From: a virus | Lineage: Duplodnaviria; Caudoviricetes | Direction: 5' to 3' (one strand) | DNA length: 64,000 bases | IMG/VR virus record: IMGVR_UViG_3300028792_000003 | Coordinates: 1-64,000 of that record | Part shown: piece after piece, positions 28,485-37,727 of the stretch | How the letters are laid out: the number at the start of each line of letters is the position of its first letter | How positions within the stretch are numbered: the first letter of the stretch is position 1 | Made by a program: the position numbers and the translations under genes | The notes under the pieces: model-generated | Told to the model about the DNA's origin: nothing | Databases searched by the model: none | What the model saw: the letters and a program-made list of their open reading frames with translations, nothing else

Positions 28485-30617
28485 ATGAACAACAACACCG
28501 TAGCGGAAATCAACGCCGACTTTCTGATCGACCAGCAGGAGCAGGCCGCGCGACTTGCGGGAATGTTGTCTGTCTTCGAGCGGGCCGACAAGACCCTCTC
28601 CGGCCAGAAGGTCAGCACCGCCATCGTGAACGAGCCGCGCAAGGGTGCTCCGGCCTGGTCCGACGGTCAGACGATCACCTTCAACGCCGCCAAGATCGGG
28701 GAGGTGGCCACGACCGACGACCTGATCAAGATCACCGGCCTGAACTTCCACGAACTCGCGCACGTCATGTACACGCCCCGGGTGAAGTCCTGGCTCGGTC
28801 AGGAGGTCGCCAACGCCGGGTGCTGGTACGTGTTCAACATGCTGGAGGACCAGCGGATCGAGACGTTCATGTCGGCCCGCTACCTGTCCACCAAGGCGTA
28901 CTTCAACATGGTGGTGCTGAAGTTCCTCTTGAACGACCCGTCCAACTGGAGCGAGCAGCACGTCCTTACCTACGGTCGCCGGTACCTGCCGCAGAAGGTC
29001 CGGGACGAGATGCAGCGTCGGTTCAAGGACCAGAAGAAGGTGCCGCGCATCAACTCGCTGATCGACCGCTACCGGGTGCTGTCCTTCCCGGCAGACGACC
29101 GTGAGGCGCTGGCCATCATCAAGGAGTTCAAGGCGCTGCTGGTGCAGACCGACACCACGCCGGAAGACCCCTTCGGTCACGACAGCAAGGGATGCCGCCC
29201 GAACATCACTCAGGGTGACGCCTATGACCAGGACCAGCAGGACGACACCAAGTCCTGGGTTGACTACCGGGACGAGGAGCAGGCCGACCAGGACGACGAG
29301 GAGTCAGATGACTTTGATGACTCTGACGACTCTGACGACTGGGATGACGCTGCTGGTGACGCTGGTGACCACGACGGTGCAGAAGCCGACGAGGACGCCG
29401 ATGTCAGCCAGGAAGACGGCCAGGGTGGTGCCGGTGACGAAGAGGGCGACGACTCCGAGGAGGGCAATGACTCCGACGACGCTGGCAGTGACGGCGCTGC
29501 TGGTGATGATGACGACGAGGAGTCTTCTAGTGACTCTGACTCGTCTGGCCAGGATGGCGACCGGGGTGGCGATGAACTCACGGACACGGACGGCTCAGGG
29601 TCGGGCGACCAGTCCGACTCCGACTCGCAGCAGCAGAGCGACGGCGGGCAGTCCGACTCCGGCAAGGGCGCTGGTACCGGCAGCACGGGTAATCACTACG
29701 GTGACCTGACCGACGACGAGTTCGAGAAGGCGATGCAGGACGTCTACAACGACATCGCCAATCAGCCCGACGTCCGGTCCGACATCAAGGACAAGGAAAA
29801 GGCCATTGAGAAGACGGTCGGCAAGTCGCCGTCGTTGGCCAAACTGCCCCACATGATGACGCCGATCACTCCGGACTACCGGCTTGCCGCTCGTCGGTTT
29901 GCCAAGGAACTGTCTCGGATGTGGGCGGATGCCGACCCGGCGTGGGACTCGCATCGTGCCAGTGGACGGGTCAACATCCAGCGCGCCATGCACGGTCACG
30001 ACATCGACACCGTGTTCGACGCCTGGGAAGAGGGCAAGCAGGACGCCAACGACATCGACATGGTGATGCTGGTGGACTACTCGGTCAGCATGCGTACGCA
30101 GATGAACGATGCGTCCAAGTCTCTGTGGGCGATCAAGCGCGCCGTCGAAGAGATTCGCGGCGAGGTCACCGTCATCGGCTACGACGACAAGACGCCCACC
30201 GTGATGTACGACCGCTACGAGAAGGCAAGCCCGACTCATTACCGGCGTTTCATGGAAGGCGCCTACACCGACCCGGCACAGGCGTTGGCGGAGGCGTACA
30301 CCATCCTGAAGCACAGCCGGGCCAAGCACCGGATCGTGCTGATCCTGACGGACGGTGCCTGGGGCAACTACGAGGTGTGCAACACGCTGGTCAAGAAGAT
30401 CAATGCCACCACCATCACCACGGCGTTGGGCTTCCTCGCTGACGACATAGACAAGCGGGTTCTGGACCAGATGACGGCGGATGCCAAGGAGACCGGTGAC
30501 GACACGGCCTTGCAGGAGCAGAAGTTCCACTACTGCAAGGCAGCGTCTGTCTTCCAGGATGCTGCTGGCCTGACTGCTCTGGCCAAGGCCGTCGTGAAGC
30601 AGGCGATGAAGGAGTGA
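28485..30617 (+). CDS. CobT-like protein: HExxH domain + acidic linker + VWA domain
   Basis: 'FHELAHV', 'NMLEDQRIE'; MIDAS 'DYSVS' and 'LTDG'; adjacent to the AAA ATPase. Confidence 0.85.
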   Translation: MNNNTVAEINADFLIDQQEQAARLAGMLSVFERADKTLSGQKVSTAIVNEPRKGAPAWSDGQTITFNAAKIGEVATTDDLIKITGLNFHELAHVMYTPRVKSWLGQEVANAGCWYVFNMLEDQRIETFMSARYLSTKAYFNMVVLKFLLNDPSNWSEQHVLTYGRRYLPQKVRDEMQRRFKDQKKVPRINSLIDRYRVLSFPADDREALAIIKEFKALLVQTDTTPEDPFGHDSKGCRPNITQGDAYDQDQQDDTKSWVDYRDEEQADQDDEESDDFDDSDDSDDWDDAAGDAGDHDGAEADEDADVSQEDGQGGAGDEEGDDSEEGNDSDDAGSDGAAGDDDDEESSSDSDSSGQDGDRGGDELTDTDGSGSGDQSDSDSQQQSDGGQSDSGKGAGTGSTGNHYGDLTDDEFEKAMQDVYNDIANQPDVRSDIKDKEKAIEKTVGKSPSLAKLPHMMTPITPDYRLAARRFAKELSRMWADADPAWDSHRASGRVNIQRAMHGHDIDTVFDAWEEGKQDANDIDMVMLVDYSVSMRTQMNDASKSLWAIKRAVEEIRGEVTVIGYDDKTPTVMYDRYEKASPTHYRRFMEGAYTDPAQALAEAYTILKHSRAKHRIVLILTDGAWGNYEVCNTLVKKINATTITTALGFLADDIDKRVLDQMTADAKETGDDTALQEQKFHYCKAASVFQDAAGLTALAKAVVKQAMKE

Positions 30618-33600
30618 ACGTGCAAGTTGGTGAGCGGGTGGTGATCCGCAGCGCCGACCCATGCAACGGCCGCGCCGGGAGTGTTGTACGAATCAGCAAC
30701 ACTCCCGGCCTTGGCGATGTAACGGCGCATGTCGCTCTTGACTGGCAGCCCGGGGACGGGCCGCAAAACATCGTCTACTCGGCCACACTCGCGCAAGTGG
30801 AGAAGGAATACATGGCCAGCCAAAAACTAGATCGGGATGCCAAGATCGCCAGTTGGGATGCCGATGTCCCCGTGATGCTCGAAGGGATCGAGCAGGGTTA
30901 CCTCGACAAGCACATCCGGCAGATCGCCAAGGCTTGCATCGACCGGTACCAGAAGATCAAAGGCTCCGAACTGGTGGCGGTTGCTCAGTCCAGCCAGGTG
31001 AAGACAGGAAGTATCAAGCACCCGGTCAGCAGCGGCAGTCCACAGGATGGAGTGGGGCAGATCGTTGCACCTACGACGATGATCACGGTGGCAAGCGTCC
31101 GGCACAAAGGCAGTGCCTGGGCAACCATCAATGAGACGGACGCTCGCAAGGTGATCCGGAACGACGGGCTGATCCTGCACATCGACCGCCGGGACTTCCT
31201 GGGCAAGACGATCCGGATTCAGCCTCAGTCGCTGAAAGAGCGCGCCTACGACGGCTTGCGGATCAGGATCGACGCCTGTGGTCCCAAGATGATCAAGGTC
31301 GCGTTCGTGGACGCTCCCCCGGTTGGGTCGGGCTACGCGAACAAGATCAAAGCAGATGCACCTTGCTTCATGTCGTACAAGGTGCTTGTCCCGTATCTCG
31401 ACATCATCTAGTAGGGGAACAAGATGGGCGACGTCATCAACATCACCAACAAGGTAGCCCCTCGCCAGGACGAGGAACTCCGCAACCTGGCCAGACGGTT
31501 GGTGGGCAAACTCGCCACCCTGGACACGGCTCGGCTGGACACGCCACTGCTCCAGCCGTTGGATGTCTGGTCCGACTTGGAAGACGAGTACCAGATCATC
31601 CTCCAGAAGATCGCGGACATCAACATCCGGGTCTATCGGTTGTGCAACCAGAAGTCGCTGGTGTTCACGTGACCAGGGAAGAGCGAGTTCGGGTCAGGCG
31701 GGACATCCGCAGGCGCAGGGCCGCGAAGAAGAACCAGAACACCCTCACCCCGCTTCAGTCCCGACTGATGCGAGACGCCTACCAGCAGATCGATAAGAGA
31801 GAGAGCCAGCGATGACGCTGACCAAGAAGCGCAAGGTTCCATCCAACAAGGCTGAGAAGATCGTCGTGCTCGACGGGCTGTTGTCCGACATCGAGGAGCG
31901 CCGCAAGGCGGTCAAGATCCTGAACGAAGAGATCAAGGACAGGCAGGACGAGGCCATCGTCCTGATGGAAGACCTGCACCTGGACAAGCACTCGACCAAG
32001 TTGCCCAACGGCGACACCGCGCGGGCTGCGCTGGTCAAGTCGTCCACCACGGTGCTGGACGAGGAGCGGTTGAAGAAGAAGGTCGGCGTCGCGCTGTGGA
32101 ACAAGGTCACGTCCCGCGTGCTCGACAAGGCGAAGTTGGACGCCTACGTCAAGTCGGGTGACATCAAGGCAACGGTGATCGCGGACTGCATCACCGAGAA
32201 GCCCCGCAGTCCGTTCATCAAGATCACCATCTGATCCAAGACATCCAGAAGGGCAGCGGCGGATGCCACTCCAGAAGAAGAAGACAGCCAGCAAGCCGGT
32301 GCGCAGGAAGCCCGGGGCCTGCGACCACCAGAAGGCTTCTCCTTGCTGGAAGGTGAAGATGCCGGACAAGGACTACCACTGGCCCGACGAGGACGGTGCG
32401 GTGATGTTCGCCTGCCGACACAGCAGGGAACTTGCAGTTGGCTCGACCGTGTTCGACCCGCTGGGCAACGTCGTCGTTCAGTTCGGTCCCCGGGAGTACG
32501 ACACCGCCAAGTACCGAAGGCACTCCAGTCTGATCGCTGGCAACGTGCTGAACCGGCTGGACGACTTGCAGGCGGAAGCAGCCAAGGCCCGCCGTGAGCG
32601 ACTGGCTCCCACCACGAAGAAGATTGCCCCTGTCAAGAAGGCGGCAGCCAAGAAGCCACTGAGAAAGAAGGTCGGCTGATGATCCGGAAGAAGAAGACCC
32701 TTCGCAAGAAGGAGGTGACCAAGGAGCAGGCGGGCAAGCCTGCCGAGAAGCCGGTCGAGAAGCAGCGGCTGTGGAACCCGGCAGCCCGCACCATGAGCGA
32801 CATCAAGAAGATGAAGTTGCTCGCGCCCAAGGACGCACCGTCGCACTTCCCGAAGTTCGACTCGAAGATGCTCCCGGGCACCTACTTCCGGATGGACGGC
32901 AAGATGGTGGACTCGCTGGTCACCGTCTTCCCGGACGGGGTGCACTGCTCGTGGTCCACCTGCGGCAGATGTCTTGGCACCATCGACTCGTGCAACTGCA
33001 AGGCCGGGATGGTCCACACCCAGGGCATCGAATGGATCTACATCCGGACGCTGCTCTGGAAGGAGAAGGTCTTCGACAGTTCGGACCGGGTGACGGCAGA
33101 CCACCACGAGGTCACCAGCCGGGGCCTGTACTGGTACGCGCCCAAGGCGTCCCGGGTCGGGAATCACCCGGTCGCACTCGGCGGCAGGAAGCCCATGGTC
33201 AGCAGTCCGGTCGCTGTTGGTAGCGCTACCGGGAAGAAGACCCTGCGGAAGAAGGGCCAGCCTCTGCCCGCAGAAGCCCGTCAGGTGGTCCAGAAGCCGT
33301 CAACCGGCACCGGGGCACCCCGGACCGCTGCCAAGCCCGCAGAACGGCGTACAGCGGCTCAGGTGCCTGCTCCGGTGAGCCTGGCAGAACTGAACCGGGA
33401 CGCTGCGAGCAGGTCGGACGAACTGGAGGCTGCTTTCTCCAGCGCAACCAGCAGTGCTGGCAGCAAGAAGAAGCCGCTTCGCAAGAGGGCTGGCCAGAAC
33501 AACAACAACATGAGCAAGAAGCCACTCAGGAAGAAGGGCTAGCGCGATGAACGACACCAACACCACCACCATCAAGACCAAGACGAAGCCGGTACTCGAC

Positions 33601-34942
33601 AGTTTCCTGCTGCGCGACCTGATCATGTGGGCAGACAAGGACGAGAAGGCGATTCAGCACAAGGCTGCTCTGGCCGGTATCAAGTGGGACCAAAGCGACT
33701 GGGCCAGGGAGACCCGCAACGGCGTCTGTAAGACTGCCTGCTGCATCGCGGGTGCAGCGGTGCTGGCCACCGGCTTGGGGCTGTTGTTCGAAGGAGACGA
33801 AGGGGAGAAGAGCCGGACCGCTTACGGGTGTGCGCCGCTGGTTCCTTCCGACGAGTTGGACGACAAGGGCAAGCCGGTGATGGTCCCGGACCGTGATCAG
33901 TTCCGGTCTATCAACATGGGCGGCAGGCAGGCACTCGGGTTGACTGAATACGAGGCCGACTACCTGTTCAACGGCGATAACGACCTCGCCACTGTTGCCG
34001 CCATCGCGGAACGGATCGCGGAACGCCGGGGCATCAACCTGTCTCTGCCGACGAAACTGCACGACCTTGCCCGGACGGTGCACCTGTGCCGAACGGACGG
34101 CGACAACCCTTGTGTTCAGAAGACCCGAGGCAGTGACATGTACGAGTACGACGTCTGTGACAAGTACATGGGCACGTACCGCTACCGGCTCATGGACTGG
34201 GACAACCCGCCCGAGGCGCACGAGTTCAACCAGTTCGATCTGGTCGGGGGCTGATCTCGGTGGCGCGCAGGATGCAAGTCCAACTGCGAGAACCGCAGAA
34301 GAAGGTGGCATCCGTCACCGATCTGTCGGACGACGCACTGGAGTGCAGGTTCAGCAACCGGCACGCACTGGTGCGGACCAACGAAGGGAACGTGGTCACC
34401 AACACCCGGAAGGAGGTCATCGAGTTCACCCGGTATCTGCGCTGCATGGTGTGCGGGTTGGAGCAGGCGAAGACATTCTCGGTGCCTGATTTCCGGTGCA
34501 TCAAGACAATCCCGCACTACCCGGACGACTACCTGATGCAGCACCGGCTGGACAGGAACGAAGCACGGATGGAATACGTCAGGAGGCACTTCAAGTGACA
34601 GGCGCAGACACCAGCACCAACCGGTTGCAGTTCAAGTTCACGGACTCGGTAGAGATATCCGAAGAGGAGGGACAGTTCAGTGACGAGATCATGCTGATCC
34701 TGGACCTGGCGATGGAGGACTTCGCAGAACTGCACACCATGAAGGTGGAGTTCCACGGCCACCCGATGATGGTGGTCGGCTTGTACCAGGAAGACGTGGA
34801 CAGCGACAAGGAGAGCCACTTCCGTCCGCTGATCCTGATCCCGGACGCGCACACCATGCGGGGTTGCGTCGAACCGCTGAACCCAGATGTGAACAAGGTT
34901 CCGCTGTCCAACGAGAACGAGACGAAGGAGACGGATGGCTGA
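30614..34942 (+). other. Cluster of hypothetical genes (30614-31411, 31424-31672, 31812-32234, 32263-32679, 32679-33542, 33547-34254, 34260-34598, 34595-34942)
   Basis: Coupled ORFs; several have CxxC motifs and Lys-rich tails. Confidence 0.6.
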
Positions 34943-35204
34943 TGCCAATACTCAGGGGGCGTGGCCGGGAGCCGCCGCTATTCGCAAGGGGATGCCACCG
35001 GGTTGGAACACCCGGCAGCAAGTCGCGGATGCGTGCAACCGAACACTGGACACGATTCAGCGGTGGGAGAAAGAGGGAGTCTGCCGCCCAGGTCGCTACG
35101 AGCAACGTGGACAGTTGCTCATTCCGCTGTACTCCGATCAGCAGATGGCTCTGCTGGTGGAAGTGGCAGCGACTATGAAGCCCGGTCGCAAGAAGGCCGA
35201 GTGA
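34935..35204 (+). CDS. MerR/excisionase-like HTH DNA-binding protein
   Basis: 'TRQQVADACNRTLDTIQRWEKEG...LYS..Q'. Confidence 0.7.
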   Translation: MADANTQGAWPGAAAIRKGMPPGWNTRQQVADACNRTLDTIQRWEKEGVCRPGRYEQRGQLLIPLYSDQQMALLVEVAATMKPGRKKAE

Positions 35205-35241
35205 GCCTCGCCAACAACAACATGAAAGCGTGGACCAGATC

Positions 35242-35508
35242 ATGCGCGAAGTCGTCGTGGTGTTCAAGTGCGACATCGACAAGGAGACGGTGACCGACGA
35301 GGCCGACCTCGTGGAGCGCACCTTCACCTGGGACCGGATCAACTACAAGTTCGAGTACGGCCCGTGCTGCGCACGAACGGTCGAGGACGGGAAGTTGACG
35401 ATCCGCCAGTTGCTCGAATGTGCCGTCAAGGTCAGCAAGGTTCCGGGGCGGGTTCCCGGGGCTAAGAACAAGAAGGTTGCGGCATCCAAGTCCGCAGCCG
35501 GGAAGTAG
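35242..35508 (+). CDS. Lsr2 N-terminal (dimerisation)-like protein
   Basis: 'MREVVVVFKCDID......VERTFTWDRINYKFE' resembles the Lsr2 N-domain; no RGR AT-hook domain. Confidence 0.5.
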   Translation: MREVVVVFKCDIDKETVTDEADLVERTFTWDRINYKFEYGPCCARTVEDGKLTIRQLLECAVKVSKVPGRVPGAKNKKVAASKSAAGK

Positions 35509-35516
35509 AGGGGTTC

Positions 35517-35819
35517 ATGCAGTACCGCATCGTGACCGAGGTCTTCGTGGAGAACGAGGACGGCTGGACACGCAAGGAAGCCTCCATCGGGGAGACGGTG
35601 GACGCCGAGTCGTTCAGCGAGGCGCTCCCCAAGTTCAACCTGGCGCTCAACGACCAGTGGAACAAGGTCGCTGAGATGGCGTCCATGATCGACGCCCAAC
35701 CGGAGTCCAGCAAGACCGAGCCGGAGAAGGAGACGGACAACAACATCACGATCACGATGCCGGACGGCAGGACGGTCCAGGCACTGATCCTTCCCGACCA
35801 CCTCAACAACAACCAGTAG
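35517..35819 (+). CDS. Hypothetical protein
   Basis: ORF with GAGGGG SD. Confidence 0.5.
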   Translation: MQYRIVTEVFVENEDGWTRKEASIGETVDAESFSEALPKFNLALNDQWNKVAEMASMIDAQPESSKTEPEKETDNNITITMPDGRTVQALILPDHLNNNQ

Positions 35820-35833
35820 GAAGGCCAACACCA

Positions 35834-36568
35834 ATGGCTGTCAAGAAGAAGAGCACGATCAAGGGCGGAGAGGTCGGTAGCGTCAAGGCGCTCCGCAAGT
35901 CCCTGAAGCGTGGCACGGGCACCACGTTCCTGAAGAACGTCCCGGACGAAGGTATCAACGTCCGGTTCCTCACCGAGCCGGACAAGTGGGTCGAGTACTA
36001 CGAGCACTACGACGAGGACCGTACCGACAGCCGGTACTTCCCGTGCTCGGAGGACTGCGAGGGCTGCGAGAAGAACCTGCGCAAGTCCAAGCGGTACCTG
36101 ACCAACGCGCTTGACCTGGACGACGGTCAGAAGGTCATCCCGCTGAAGTTGCCCGCCTCCCTGGCGGGGATGCTGCTGAAGCGGTTCGACAAGTTCGACA
36201 CGATGATGGACCGCGACTACGAACTCTCCAAGGAGGGGTCGGGTCTCGACACCGAGTACAGCGAGGCGTACGAGTCCCCGAAGAAGCGGAACCTGTCCAA
36301 GTTCGAGTTGCTCGACCTTTGGTCGATCCTGGAGGGCCAGTTGAACGGCTCTGACGAGGACGACGAGGAAGAGGACGACGACGACACTCCTGTGCGCAAG
36401 GTCACCAAGGGTGGCAGTGCCAAGGGTGTGAAGAAGAAGCCCGTCGTTGACGACGACGAGGACGACGATGACGAGGACGAGGACGACGAGCCGGTCGTCA
36501 AGAAGCGCGTCGTCAAGAAGAAGCCGGGCAGCAAGCCCGTCAAGAAGTCCATCAAGAAGAAGAAGTGA
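35834..36568 (+). CDS. ssDNA-binding protein (T4 gp32-like)
   Basis: 'VRFL', 'H...PC...C..C', 'K.GSGLDTEY'; acidic then basic tail; upstream of the polymerase. Confidence 0.7.
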   Translation: MAVKKKSTIKGGEVGSVKALRKSLKRGTGTTFLKNVPDEGINVRFLTEPDKWVEYYEHYDEDRTDSRYFPCSEDCEGCEKNLRKSKRYLTNALDLDDGQKVIPLKLPASLAGMLLKRFDKFDTMMDRDYELSKEGSGLDTEYSEAYESPKKRNLSKFELLDLWSILEGQLNGSDEDDEEEDDDDTPVRKVTKGGSAKGVKKKPVVDDDEDDDDEDEDDEPVVKKRVVKKKPGSKPVKKSIKKKK

Positions 36569-36585
36569 ACGAGGGAGATACGGAC

Positions 36586-37410
36586 ATGACCAAGACCACC
36601 ACCACCACGCAGGGTGACCTGGACGCGCTGCTCGCCACCGTCCACGCCGCCATCGGTTCGTACCTGGGTATCGACGGCACCGTGACCGTCGTGCAGGACG
36701 GCGAGGCAGAGCCTGCCGTTGAGGCTGCTCCGGCTGCCAAGGGCAAGGGCAAGAAGGCTGCTCGCCCGGCTCCGGTCAAGGAGGAGAAGGCTGTTGCTCC
36801 TGCCAAGACGGAGAAGGCTCGCCGCAAGCAGTTGGCCGGGATGGACGACGACGCCCTGCGCGCCCTGTGCGTCGGTTACGACTATGAGGACGCGGACGTT
36901 GCTGACGCTGACACCTCGGACCTGATCGACGCCATCCTCGGTGAGGAGTTCCCCGCCGACGCCGACGAGGCCGAGGAGACGGAGGAGGCTGACGACTCCG
37001 ACGAGGACGAGGCAGAGGACGACGACGAGGAGGACGACGACGACGAGGAGAAGGAGGAGGGTGACTCCCGCGAGTCGCTGTCTGGTCTCAACCTCCGCGA
37101 GTTGAAGGCCAAGGCGAAGGAGGCTGGTTACGCAACCAGCGACCTGAAGAACATGGACCAGGACGCGATCATCGACCTGCTGCTGGACGAAGCAGAGGAC
37201 GAGGACGCCGACGAGGAGGAGCCCGAGGACGAGGACGACGAGTCCGACGAGGCTGCTGACGACGAGGAGGAGGCCGACGAGGAGGAGTGGTACTCCGAGG
37301 CGCAGTTGAAGGCCATGTCCATCAAGGAACTCCGCGACCTGGCTGACGAGTACGAGATCGAGCACGACGGTCTGAAGAAGGCTGATCTCGTCGCCGCCCT
37401 GGTGGAGTGA
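36586..37410 (+). CDS. Highly acidic protein with three Rho-N/HeH-like repeats
   Basis: 'L.GM..D.LR', 'LSGLNLRELKAKAK', 'LKAMSIKELRDLA...KKADLV' separated by D/E tracts. Confidence 0.65.
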   Translation: MTKTTTTTQGDLDALLATVHAAIGSYLGIDGTVTVVQDGEAEPAVEAAPAAKGKGKKAARPAPVKEEKAVAPAKTEKARRKQLAGMDDDALRALCVGYDYEDADVADADTSDLIDAILGEEFPADADEAEETEEADDSDEDEAEDDDEEDDDDEEKEEGDSRESLSGLNLRELKAKAKEAGYATSDLKNMDQDAIIDLLLDEAEDEDADEEEPEDEDDESDEAADDEEEADEEEWYSEAQLKAMSIKELRDLADEYEIEHDGLKKADLVAALVE

Positions 37411-37419
37411 AATACTCCA

Positions 37420-37680
37420 TCTGACTAGACCCCGCTAGGCACGCCGCACGGCTCAACGGTCTCGCCCTGTCAAAAGGGCGGGTACCGATCCCGTGGCAAA
37501 TACCGCTGGAAGTGGCGGGGCGTGCCTAGCGGTCTCAGACGCCACCCCGGCAAGTACGCGTTGACCAAACAGGACTCCCCCGTGCCTGGCGGTCGCTGCA
37601 ACCTTGCCGGGGTGGTCCTGTGGTAGCCCGGTGCCAGGCCGTGCCCCCACTGCCACCCCAAGGGCATCGGGCTACCTCAC
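37420..37680 (+). ncRNA. Three tandem long-stem RNA structures (candidate ncRNA or processing array)
   Basis: 13-14 bp stems 37432-45/37519-32, 37542-54/37603-15 and 37622-35/37663-76. Confidence 0.45.
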
Positions 37681-37727
37681 GACCAAGTACGGCGTACACC
37701 AACTCCATCACCAGTGGAAGAAGAACA

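Noticed and set aside
34935-35204. Excisionase implying a temperate lifestyle
   Set aside because: No integrase, repressor or att site is visible; a MerR-like HTH alone is not sufficient.
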